Shown in pieces: positions 1 through 8,026 of a stretch of DNA of 64,000 bases (position 1 is its first letter; each line of letters begins with the position of its first letter). The notes below the pieces were generated by a model. It had not been told where the DNA came from, did not search any database, and saw only the letters and a program-made list of their open reading frames with translations. The stretch comes from Alphaproteobacteria bacterium UBA3768 (lineage in GTDB: Bacteria > Pseudomonadota > Alphaproteobacteria > CAAHEQ01 > UBA3637). The position numbers and the translations under genes were made by a program. The DNA lies in contig DFFU01000012.1 in the NCBI GenBank assembly GCA_002372315.1, forward strand, positions 28,755 to 92,754, read 5' to 3'.

Positions 1-97
1 CGATATGCTTATATCCCCATATCCCCACAACAGACAATATACCCACTATAGCCAATGTCCCCAACATTTCCGTTAAACTGCGCCCACGCTCTGTCAT
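1..97 (-). CDS. N-terminal part of a prepilin/pseudopilin-like protein (gene runs off the window start)
   Basis: Minus-strand ATG at 97..95 reads MTERG/RSLTEMLGTLAIVGILSVVGIWGYKHI. It has a short basic leader ending in Gly, Glu at +5, then a hydrophobic helix, which is the class III (type IV pilin) signal pattern. Truncated, so absent from the ORF track. Confidence 0.4.
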   Translation of the reverse strand, partial: MTERGRSLTEMLGTLAIVGILSVVGIWGYKHI

Positions 98-190
98 CTT
101 ATACATCCTTTTGTTGTATAGAAAATATCCTATTTTGGGATATATCCTAACAAAGAATATTCTAATCGTCAAGTCCAAAAAGGAGTTGGC

Positions 191-439
191 ATGACAAAAT
201 CTGTTTTTACGCAAGCGTATAGGACCTTTTTACAACAGTTGATACAGATACGAAAAGATCGCAAAATAACCCAAGTTCAAATGGCTCAGTTTTTAAAAAA
301 ACCCCAATCATATGTGTCCAAGTATGAAAGTGGGGAACGACGTTTAGATGTTATTGAAACAATGGCTATTTTAAAAGTATTAAACACTTCGCCGTCTGAA
401 TTTATGGGGTACTTGGAAAGTTTATCTGATTTTCAATAA
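191..439 (+). CDS. XRE-family helix-turn-helix transcriptional regulator
   Basis: 82-aa ORF. The segment ITQVQMAQFLKKPQSYVSKYESGERRLD is a canonical Cro/C1-type HTH. Confidence 0.8.
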   Translation: MTKSVFTQAYRTFLQQLIQIRKDRKITQVQMAQFLKKPQSYVSKYESGERRLDVIETMAILKVLNTSPSEFMGYLESLSDFQ

Positions 440-548
440 AAAAGACAAAATATTACACTTTTATGAAATTTTTGTGTTTATGAACACTTTTGTATGACAG
501 GTAAAATAAAATTGTTTATGATGCCTTTGCTTTAACAAAGGAGAATTT

Positions 549-1823
549 ATGCGCAAAGCACTACTTTTATCATTGGCTTTATTGGCAACAACTTCTGCCC
601 ATGCGGCCGGTTATCAATTACAAGAATACTCTGTTACAGGATTGGGGCGTGCCTTTGCAGGCGCTGGTGTAATGGGGGATGATTATTCGGCTATCGCTTT
701 TAACCCAGCGGGGATGAGCTTAGTGGAAAAATCAGGTTTGCAAATGGGTGTTATTGCCACAGATGTGCGTGGTAAAGTATGGGGAGAGTCAGAACCAGCG
801 ATTGGTGGTCGAGGACAAGGATTTTTGGGAACGAAATCAGGAAAGACGGGCAGTCGTATTTTTCGTGTAATGCCTAACTTTTTTGCTCAATATAAAGTTA
901 ACGATCGGACTGATTTGGGATTGGGTTTATATGTACCATTTGGTTTGGCGAATGATTATAAAAATGATTGGTTTGGTGCCGAACATGGCCAATATTCAGG
1001 CATTACTGTTGTCAATTTTACCCCGAGTGTTTCCTATAAAATTTTGGATTCAGTTTCAATGGGCTTAGGCATAAATTTACAATATGCTGAAGCGCATTTG
1101 ACGGGGGCAATTCCTGGTGGTGGTTCCACAAATATGCGTGATGCCAATGATGTGGGAGTGGGTTATACATGGGGTTTGACCTATAAGCCCACAAAGGATA
1201 CCCGCTTTGGTCTATCCTATCGCAGCAAGGTAACCCATAAATTAGAGGGCAAAAATGATGGTAGCGCTAGTCGTTCCTCAATTTTTGGTGGGGCATTTGC
1301 GGTGGGAACAGCCTTTTTAAATGGTACGCATAAGGTTCATGCCAAAATTACAACACCTGAAACGGTTATCTTTTCGGCAGCACATGATTTGAATGAAAAG
1401 TGGACTTTATCGGGAATCGTGCGCTGGACACGTTGGAGCCAATTCAAACGTTTAAATATTTATCAAGAAAATAAGGGGCTTTTGAGTTCCACCAATGAGA
1501 ATTGGAAAAACACATGGTTGTTTGGATTAGGGGCTGACTACAAATATTGTAAGAACTTGACTTTCCGTTTTGGAACGGCTTGGGATACAGCGGCGGTGAA
1601 AGCTCCTGAATATCGTACAGCGCGTATTCCGGATCAACGGCGTATTTGGGCTTCATTGGGGGCTAGTTATACCAAAAATAATTGGCAAGTCGATTTGGGT
1701 TATTCCCACATTTTTGTCCATAAAGCGCAAGCCTATGGTGCCAATGATGGCGCGGGATACTTTCATGGAAAATATCGTATTCAATCGGATATTTTTGGTT
1801 TAGGTTTACAATATAAATTTTAA
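549..1823 (+). CDS. FadL/OmpP1/TodX-family outer-membrane hydrophobic-compound channel
   Basis: Signal peptide ending SAHA, N-terminal AGYQLQEYSVTGLGRAFAGAGV and C-terminal GLGLQYKF. A clear paralog lies at 43377..44591. Confidence 0.85.
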   Translation: MRKALLLSLALLATTSAHAAGYQLQEYSVTGLGRAFAGAGVMGDDYSAIAFNPAGMSLVEKSGLQMGVIATDVRGKVWGESEPAIGGRGQGFLGTKSGKTGSRIFRVMPNFFAQYKVNDRTDLGLGLYVPFGLANDYKNDWFGAEHGQYSGITVVNFTPSVSYKILDSVSMGLGINLQYAEAHLTGAIPGGGSTNMRDANDVGVGYTWGLTYKPTKDTRFGLSYRSKVTHKLEGKNDGSASRSSIFGGAFAVGTAFLNGTHKVHAKITTPETVIFSAAHDLNEKWTLSGIVRWTRWSQFKRLNIYQENKGLLSSTNENWKNTWLFGLGADYKYCKNLTFRFGTAWDTAAVKAPEYRTARIPDQRRIWASLGASYTKNNWQVDLGYSHIFVHKAQAYGANDGAGYFHGKYRIQSDIFGLGLQYKF

Positions 1824-1828
1824 TAAAA

Positions 1829-1858
1829 GGGGTCAACTAATGACCCCAATTTTTTTTT
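1829..1858 (+). terminator. Rho-independent terminator after the FadL-like gene
   Basis: GGGGTCA-actaa-TGACCCC hairpin followed by a T9 run. Confidence 0.75.
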
Positions 1859-1932
1859 ATTTTTCCTCTTGCATTTGGGAAAAATATATGCTAAAAAAAG
1901 AATGTCGTTTTAACACTTATAAGGAGAATCAA

Positions 1933-2772
1933 ATGAAAAAAACAAAAAAGAAAGTTGCCCCCGTTGAGGCAAAAAAAGAATGTGCCTGTGGCCCTGACTG
2001 CAAGTGCGGTTGTGGCTGTGGATGTGGTTGCGGTGTTGCAAAAGCCGCTGTTTTGGGTATTAGTTTGGTGGCTTTGGTACTGGCGGGTGTAGCGTATTGG
2101 AAGGCTGGTTGCACAAAGGGTATGGATGAAGCCATGAAAGCTTATATCCAAAAGAATCCGACTGTTATTATTGATTCTGTGAATGAATATTATAAGGCTC
2201 AAGAGGAAGAACGCCAAAAGCCGACCCCCAAGGTTGCTCCAGCTGAATTAGTGGCTGAAATTGTGAACGATAAAGCCAACTATTCTTTGGGAAATCCAAA
2301 GGGTAAATTTGTCATCATTGAATTCTTTGATCATCAATGTGGTTGGTGCAAACGGACCAATAAAGAAATGCGTGAAGCAGTGAAATCTGCCGAGGGTAAA
2401 AATATTCGTTGGATTCCTATTGATACACCTATCTTTGGTGAAGCAAGTGAAACCATTGCTCGTTTCGTATTAGCCGCTGGTAAACAGGGCAAATACGAAC
2501 AAATGCACGAAGCCGTTGGCGAAGCCAAAGAAAGATTGGATGAAGTTGCTTTGATAGCTTTGGGTAAAAAATTAGGATTGGATACCAAAAAGTTGAAAGC
2601 AGATGCCGATGGTAAGGAAATCCGTGGTAAATTGGCGGCCAATAAAGAATATGCCAAAAAGTTGAATATCAATGGTGTACCTATGTTGATTGTGGATGGT
2701 CAAATCAACCCAGGTGCTTTGTTGGGTGATAAATTGCAAGAAGCAGTGAAAGCTTCTCAAGCCAAGAAATAA
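1933..2772 (+). CDS. Membrane-anchored DsbA-family thiol:disulfide oxidoreductase with Cys-Gly-rich N-terminal tail
   Basis: In-frame ATG at 1933 follows AAGGAG (1921..1926). The ORF-track start at 1840 lies inside the upstream terminator. A TM anchor is followed by a thioredoxin fold with FFDHQCGWCK (CxxC). Confidence 0.8.
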   Translation: MKKTKKKVAPVEAKKECACGPDCKCGCGCGCGCGVAKAAVLGISLVALVLAGVAYWKAGCTKGMDEAMKAYIQKNPTVIIDSVNEYYKAQEEERQKPTPKVAPAELVAEIVNDKANYSLGNPKGKFVIIEFFDHQCGWCKRTNKEMREAVKSAEGKNIRWIPIDTPIFGEASETIARFVLAAGKQGKYEQMHEAVGEAKERLDEVALIALGKKLGLDTKKLKADADGKEIRGKLAANKEYAKKLNINGVPMLIVDGQINPGALLGDKLQEAVKASQAKK

Positions 2773-2792
2773 ACTTTAAATAAGTTATTTTA

Positions 2793-2821
2793 AAGCCGAT
2801 GTGTACACATCGGCTTTTTTC
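2793..2821 (+). terminator. Rho-independent terminator
   Basis: AAGCCGATGTG-ta-CACATCGGCTT hairpin followed by a T-run. Confidence 0.8.
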
Positions 2822-2856
2822 TTGTTTTTTAATTGAATTTGTGATAAATAGAATAT

Positions 2857-3684
2857 ATGTATCGGATATTTTTAATCTTTCTGTTTTTTTTATTATCGGG
2901 TTGCGCCCAAACAGTTCGTGTGCGAAAAGGCGATACGCTTTACTCTATATCCCGTAGGTATAATGTTCCTGTAAGGGGGCTAATTCAAGAAAATAAGATT
3001 TTAGCACCCTATATTATAAAGGTGGGGCAGACATTGAAAATGCCAACACAGAAAACGTATACCGTGCGTAAAGGGGATACCCTGTATTCCATTGCACGCA
3101 AACACAACTTATCGGTGAATCAAGTGGCACGCCAAAATAAATTATCTGCCCCCTATACATTAAAACCAGGACAAAAATTGATTTTACAATCATGGGATGA
3201 GGGGGGGACAACATCTAAAACAAATCAAACAGCTCCCAAAAAAACAAATCAAAAAACGACAGCAACAAGTGTGCGTAAAAAAGATATAAAGGTTCCCAAT
3301 TCTGCGAAAAATAAAAAATTTAATCGTCCCGTTCAAGGGAAAGTAATTCAAAAATTTGGGATGACATCCAATGGTACCTACAATGATGGTATTAATATCT
3401 CAGCACCAAAAGGTACCCCTATTTTGTCGGCCGAAAAAGGGACTGTGGCCTATGCAGGTAGTGATTTAAAAGGTTACGGGAATTTGGTATTGGTTCGTCA
3501 TGATGGGGGATGGTTTACGGCTTACGCCCATGCAGATAAGATTCTTGTCAAAAAAGGGGATGTTATTCGGTTACGTCAAAAAATTGCGACTGTTGGCCAA
3601 TCTGGTGGTGTTAAACAACCCCAGTTGCATTTTGAGGTTCGATATAAATCCAAACCATTGGATCCAGCCCTTTATTTGCGTTAA
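2857..3684 (+). CDS. Lipoprotein with two LysM domains and an M23 peptidase domain (NlpD-like)
   Basis: Lipobox LLSGC. The LysM motif (V/Y)RKGDTLYSI(S/A)R occurs twice. C-terminal M23 signature PQLHFEVRY. Confidence 0.85.
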   Translation: MYRIFLIFLFFLLSGCAQTVRVRKGDTLYSISRRYNVPVRGLIQENKILAPYIIKVGQTLKMPTQKTYTVRKGDTLYSIARKHNLSVNQVARQNKLSAPYTLKPGQKLILQSWDEGGTTSKTNQTAPKKTNQKTTATSVRKKDIKVPNSAKNKKFNRPVQGKVIQKFGMTSNGTYNDGINISAPKGTPILSAEKGTVAYAGSDLKGYGNLVLVRHDGGWFTAYAHADKILVKKGDVIRLRQKIATVGQSGGVKQPQLHFEVRYKSKPLDPALYLR

Positions 3685-3744
3685 AAAAACTTGTGTTTTT
3701 AGATAATGTGTGCTATATCCGTATTATCAACGGGAAGGTATTAA

Positions 3745-5133
3745 ATGAAAAAAACAGTTTTGGCATTATTGTGTGGCACTTTTTTGTCTTTTCAGGTGCG
3801 GGCAGGTTTATCGGATGCTATTTTGTCCTATAACTACCAACAATATCCTGCAGCATTGGCTGAATTTAGCTATTTACAAGAAGAGGGCAATCCTGTGGCC
3901 GCTTATTATTTGGGGCGTATGTACCAATTAGGGCAGGGTGTTCCTGTTGATTTAAGGTATGCAATGCGATTTTATAAGATGGCAGATGCGGCCTATTATT
4001 TCCCTGCTTCGGCTGAATTGGGAAAGTTGTTGATGGATGCTGGTGATGTATCCAATGGGTTGGCATTACTGAAAAAATCTGCTTTAACGGGTGATGCTTT
4101 TGCGATAAATGAGCTTGCAAATGCTTATGCAGAAGGTAAAGGTGTTGAGCAAAATCCTCGTTTAGCATTTGAGTTTTTTAGGCTTGCAGCTACTTCAGGT
4201 AACATGAAAGCGCAGTATCAAATTGCTAAAATGTACTTTGATGGTCGGGGGGTTCCCCAAGATTATACTCAGGCCAAAAAATGGTTGACACGTGCAGCGG
4301 ATCAAGGTTATGTGCTGGCACAAATAGATTTGGCTGAATTGTACACGAATGATAATCTACTCAAAAATATTCCGTTGGCCTATAAATGGTACAGTATAAT
4401 TGCGGCCTATAATTCCGATTCTATTGGGCAAAAGGCTGCAGAAAAGCGTGATATTTTACTGCGTGGAAAAAATAAAAAAGGTCTCAATAAAAAAAATTTA
4501 GCAGAAATTCAATCCGAAGTTGGACGTTGGAAACCTCAAAAAGCGGAAAATTCTATATCCATAGAAGAGTTGGCACAGATTCAAAAATCACAAATTGATG
4601 GTTTTAATGATCCTAAGACGTTGCAACAAATTATACTGGACATGGGCTTCTTACCCAGAGATGGAAGGCTTTTCGGTGTTACAATTCAGATGGTAGATGA
4701 TGTTTTCTCAACACAAAATGTTCAGCCTCTAATTGATGAAATTGAAAGGGCCGCTAAAGATGGGAAAGTTGAGGCTTATGGATATTTGGCGGATTTGTTT
4801 AGTACGCGATTGGATAATCCTGTGGAAGCCTTTTTATGGTATCAAAAAGGGGCTGATGCAGGGGACGCTTATGCTCAGTATCAACTGGCCCAAATGTATT
4901 GTGAAGGAATAGGTATCAGCCAGCCTGATGCGGCCGCCTGTTATGCGTGGCTGTTGAATGTTCAAAATGCTAAGGATCCTGTGTTAAATGTATTAGCTCA
5001 ACAAGCTATTGCTATTGTTCAATCCAGTGCGACCCAAGATGAATTAACACGCGGCTTAGCCCTAAGTGAGGAACACAAAAAATCATTCAAAGAAGGTAAA
5101 ATATCACAAAAGAGTAGTGGTGGTTTTTTATAA
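3745..5133 (+). CDS. Secreted Sel1-like repeat (SLR) protein
   Basis: Signal peptide, then repeated A.YYLG.MY..G.GV..D...A..W(F)-type Sel1 units such as AQYQIAKMYFDGRGVPQDYTQAKKWLTRAADQG. Confidence 0.8.
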   Translation: MKKTVLALLCGTFLSFQVRAGLSDAILSYNYQQYPAALAEFSYLQEEGNPVAAYYLGRMYQLGQGVPVDLRYAMRFYKMADAAYYFPASAELGKLLMDAGDVSNGLALLKKSALTGDAFAINELANAYAEGKGVEQNPRLAFEFFRLAATSGNMKAQYQIAKMYFDGRGVPQDYTQAKKWLTRAADQGYVLAQIDLAELYTNDNLLKNIPLAYKWYSIIAAYNSDSIGQKAAEKRDILLRGKNKKGLNKKNLAEIQSEVGRWKPQKAENSISIEELAQIQKSQIDGFNDPKTLQQIILDMGFLPRDGRLFGVTIQMVDDVFSTQNVQPLIDEIERAAKDGKVEAYGYLADLFSTRLDNPVEAFLWYQKGADAGDAYAQYQLAQMYCEGIGISQPDAAACYAWLLNVQNAKDPVLNVLAQQAIAIVQSSATQDELTRGLALSEEHKKSFKEGKISQKSSGGFL

Positions 5134-6813
5134 CGCGGATAACTGTTCTATTTTTTTGTGAAGTTGTTCTTCCATTTCTGGTGTCAAATCATCCTTCAAA
5201 TCCAAAGCTTTTTTGTATTGAAAGCCCGCTTCTCTGGTACGTCCAATGGCTTGATAAATGTCCCCTAAGTGCATATTGATGAGGGAACTTTTGGGTAATA
5301 AATTGATGGCTTTTTCCGCAAATGGTAAAGCTGTTTGGGGATGATTTTTTTTGTAATATGCAAATGCAAGGCTATCCAAAATATACGGATCTTGTGGACG
5401 ATTATGGTACGCTTTTTGGATTAACTCAAATCCTTCGTCAATGCGATCCATTTCCAAATAATTATAACCTATATTATTTTGTAATATAGCGTCATCAGGC
5501 ATCAAAATTTGCGCCCGTTGAAAATCAGATAACATTTTTTCCGCTTGATCATTTTTTTGGTATAAATTTGCACGAGTCGCATAGGCTTCTGCTAAAGGTT
5601 TATTTTGGGGATTTTGTTCCAATAAAGGGATTAAGTGATCATATATTTTTAATGCTTTTTGATTTTGTTTTGTGGCCACATAATTTTGCCCCATTAAAGT
5701 CAATAACGGAATATGATTGGGATTTGTTTTTTGTAGATCCTCCATTATCTGTTCAGCTTCCTGATACCGATCAGCCAATAATAGGACTGCAGCTTCTTTA
5801 AATAATAAGGTAGCTGATTTTGATGGAATTCTGTTATAATAATCCAATGAAATATGGGGGAGGTCAAAAGCTTGATTCAACTCAGCGCCCCATATTAATG
5901 ATAAATTTTTATCGGGTTGTAAGAACAGTGCAATACTGTTGAGTATAATGAGTTCCTCTTTTGAAAAAAGGCCCATTGCTCCTTCGGCAGATAAAAAGTA
6001 AAAACTTTCCGCTAATCCAGTTTCTGGTGTAATTTTACTTTGTCCAAATTGTTGAATTAAATCCGCTGTTGCAGGGTATAGCTTTTCCATTTTTTGAAAT
6101 TGTTTATAAAATTGTGTTTTTTCCCATATTTGATTCTTTTGGGCATATTTTTTTAACAGTGGGAAAAAGGAAATAGCGGGTAATTTTTTGTCTTGAATTT
6201 TTTGCCAACCCTTATTTTGTAATTCTTCATCATTAAAATATTGTCCCAATAAAAATTCATGATAGCCTTGAATGTAGTTCAAGCGGTTATCCTTTAATAA
6301 TTTTAAACTAGCTGTGGCAGATTCTTTATTATTTTCCTTAGCAAAGTACCAGGTTTGTATCAATGGAATGATAACGGTATCTGCTTGTTGATGAGGTTTT
6401 TTTTGAAGATATTGTAAAAGCAGATAGGGATCATCTTTGAATAATTGGGCAGCCTTTAGGTAATCGGAAAATAAACTGTCGCGAATGGCCTCTTTATCCA
6501 GATAAGGTAAAAGCATTTGTGGTTTACCTTGAAACATAGCAAGTACGTAAAATTCTTTTAAGAGTCTTGTTTGATCAGGATCAGCCTTTAAAACTTTTTC
6601 ATAGGCATCTAAGGCCAAAGGGATATGGTGACTCTTTTTTGCATAATTGCCTGCTAGGTAAGCGTTTAATGCCAAATTGGATGGTAATTTGCGATGTGTT
6701 TTCCATATGTCTTCATAATTTTCTTCAAAACGTATTGTTTGATACCAATGGTAAGAAACAACAGAGCTCAGCACTATAAGTACAAATAAAATAAAACAAA
6801 ACCACTTTTTCAT
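5128..6813 (-). CDS. TPR-repeat protein with N-terminal membrane anchor
   Basis: 561-aa ORF with an N-terminal hydrophobic helix. Multiple TPR-like units in the C-terminal half, e.g. AEAYATRANLYQKNDQAEKMLSDFQRAQILMPDD. Confidence 0.7.
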   Translation of the reverse strand: MKKWFCFILFVLIVLSSVVSYHWYQTIRFEENYEDIWKTHRKLPSNLALNAYLAGNYAKKSHHIPLALDAYEKVLKADPDQTRLLKEFYVLAMFQGKPQMLLPYLDKEAIRDSLFSDYLKAAQLFKDDPYLLLQYLQKKPHQQADTVIIPLIQTWYFAKENNKESATASLKLLKDNRLNYIQGYHEFLLGQYFNDEELQNKGWQKIQDKKLPAISFFPLLKKYAQKNQIWEKTQFYKQFQKMEKLYPATADLIQQFGQSKITPETGLAESFYFLSAEGAMGLFSKEELIILNSIALFLQPDKNLSLIWGAELNQAFDLPHISLDYYNRIPSKSATLLFKEAAVLLLADRYQEAEQIMEDLQKTNPNHIPLLTLMGQNYVATKQNQKALKIYDHLIPLLEQNPQNKPLAEAYATRANLYQKNDQAEKMLSDFQRAQILMPDDAILQNNIGYNYLEMDRIDEGFELIQKAYHNRPQDPYILDSLAFAYYKKNHPQTALPFAEKAINLLPKSSLINMHLGDIYQAIGRTREAGFQYKKALDLKDDLTPEMEEQLHKKIEQLSAL

Positions 6814-6874
6814 AAAAACCTTTCTTTTTATCTTAAAATATGGTATTCTTATTTAGAAGAAAGAGCAAGCAAAA

Positions 6875-7513
6875 ATGACACCTTTTCAAAAATTATTTTG
6901 GTTATTTCAAATGGGCGTATACTCTTTTTGTGGTGATAGGCCTCAAAATAAACTAAAACAGGTTATAGATTCTGCTGGTTTAATAAAATCAGAAAAGGGA
7001 AAAAACGAAATAGCGTTGATGAAAACGGCGTTGCATACCATGGTGGGAACAGGTTGTGTGTCGCCCCAAGTTATGTGTATTATGGAAGCACCATCTGCAT
7101 CAGAGGACAAAACAGGACTCTATTTGACAGGGCCAGAAGGGGAGTTGGCACAGAAAATGTTATCAGCTATTGGATTGGATTTAAGGCAAAATACTTATTT
7201 AACCTATTTGAGTCCTTGGCGTCCACCTGGCAATCGTTTGCTGACGAATGTGGAGGTCAATTATTGTCGAACATTATTGAAACAGCGGATTGATTCTTTA
7301 AAGCCCCAATTTATCCTCATACTGGGTGTTCCTGTTATCAAGGCATTGTTGGATGATAAAACACTTTCAGTGGTACGCTCAGGCCATGAAAAATACATGA
7401 ACATTCCTGTTTTGGGAACATTTGCGCCATCTTGGCTGATGAAAAATCCTGATTACCGTCGACCAGTTTGGGAAGATTTAAAAAAGTTTAAACAGATGAT
7501 AGAAAAGGAATAA
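6875..7513 (+). CDS. Uracil-DNA glycosylase superfamily protein (family 4-like)
   Basis: Contains VMCIMEAPSASEDKTGLYLTGPEGELAQKMLSAIGL and the following FILILG segment, which resemble the family 4 UDG / phage-polymerase-related UDG core. Confidence 0.65.
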   Translation: MTPFQKLFWLFQMGVYSFCGDRPQNKLKQVIDSAGLIKSEKGKNEIALMKTALHTMVGTGCVSPQVMCIMEAPSASEDKTGLYLTGPEGELAQKMLSAIGLDLRQNTYLTYLSPWRPPGNRLLTNVEVNYCRTLLKQRIDSLKPQFILILGVPVIKALLDDKTLSVVRSGHEKYMNIPVLGTFAPSWLMKNPDYRRPVWEDLKKFKQMIEKE

Positions 7514-7526
7514 CAGATTTTTTTTC

Positions 7527-7555
7527 TTGACTTTTGTGATTAAATACAATAAAAT
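7527..7555 (+). promoter_or_regulatory. sigma70-type promoter for rpmG
   Basis: TTGACT, 17-nt spacer, TAAAAT, about 30 nt upstream of the rpmG start. Confidence 0.5.
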
Positions 7556-7587
7556 AGGCGACATCATTTTTATGAAAGGCAAAAACA

Positions 7588-7749
7588 ATGGCAAAGAAAA
7601 TCGCAATTAAAATTAAATTAGAAGGTCCAGAAGGGTACTTTTATACGGCAAAAAAGAATCCACGGACACATACCGAAAAAATTAAACGTCGTAAGTATAA
7701 TCCCAAGACGCGTAAGCATGAAGAGTTTGTTGAAAAGAAAATCAAATAA
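7588..7749 (+). CDS. rpmG: 50S ribosomal protein L33
   Basis: 53-aa ORF, too short for the ORF track: MAKKIAIKIKLEGPEGYFYTAKKNPRTHTEKIKRRKYNPKTRKHEEFVEKKIK. This matches the L33 pattern (Y.T.KN.R...EK...RKY.P..RKH..F.E.KIK). Confidence 0.9.
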   Translation: MAKKIAIKIKLEGPEGYFYTAKKNPRTHTEKIKRRKYNPKTRKHEEFVEKKIK

Positions 7750-7755
7750 AAACAA

Positions 7756-7784
7756 AGCCCCTGAAAATCAGGGGCTACTTTTTT
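7756..7784 (+). terminator. Rho-independent terminator of rpmG
   Basis: AGCCCCTGA-aaa-TCAGGGGCT hairpin followed by acTTTTTT. Confidence 0.8.
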
Positions 7785-7785
7785 C

Positions 7786-7814
7786 TTGACAAAGGGAAAT
7801 AGGGCGTATAAAGT
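7786..7814 (+). promoter_or_regulatory. Orphan sigma70-like promoter facing a ~200-nt non-coding stretch
   Basis: Perfect TTGACA, 17-nt spacer, TAAAGT. No plus-strand ORF follows before the convergent RND gene at 8027. Confidence 0.35.
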
Positions 7815-8026
7815 GAAACCAGAGGAAGAGAGAAACGGGATTATCATGGTACTGAATATCGAAATCCTATAGCAGCAACGATGAAAATTATTCGTTCAAC
7901 AAATAATGTAGCGGGTTATTGTAATTCTAATATTTGATAGTATTGGATGATGGAGTACCTACTTTAATAGTGGTTCATGCTTTATGTGACAAGGTGTTAT
8001 ACCCGTCTGTGAATCACTTTTTTGTG

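Noticed and set aside
1840-1932. ORF-track start of the DsbA-like gene at 1840
   Set aside because: That start lies inside the upstream terminator hairpin and T-run. A good AAGGAG RBS precedes the in-frame ATG at 1933.
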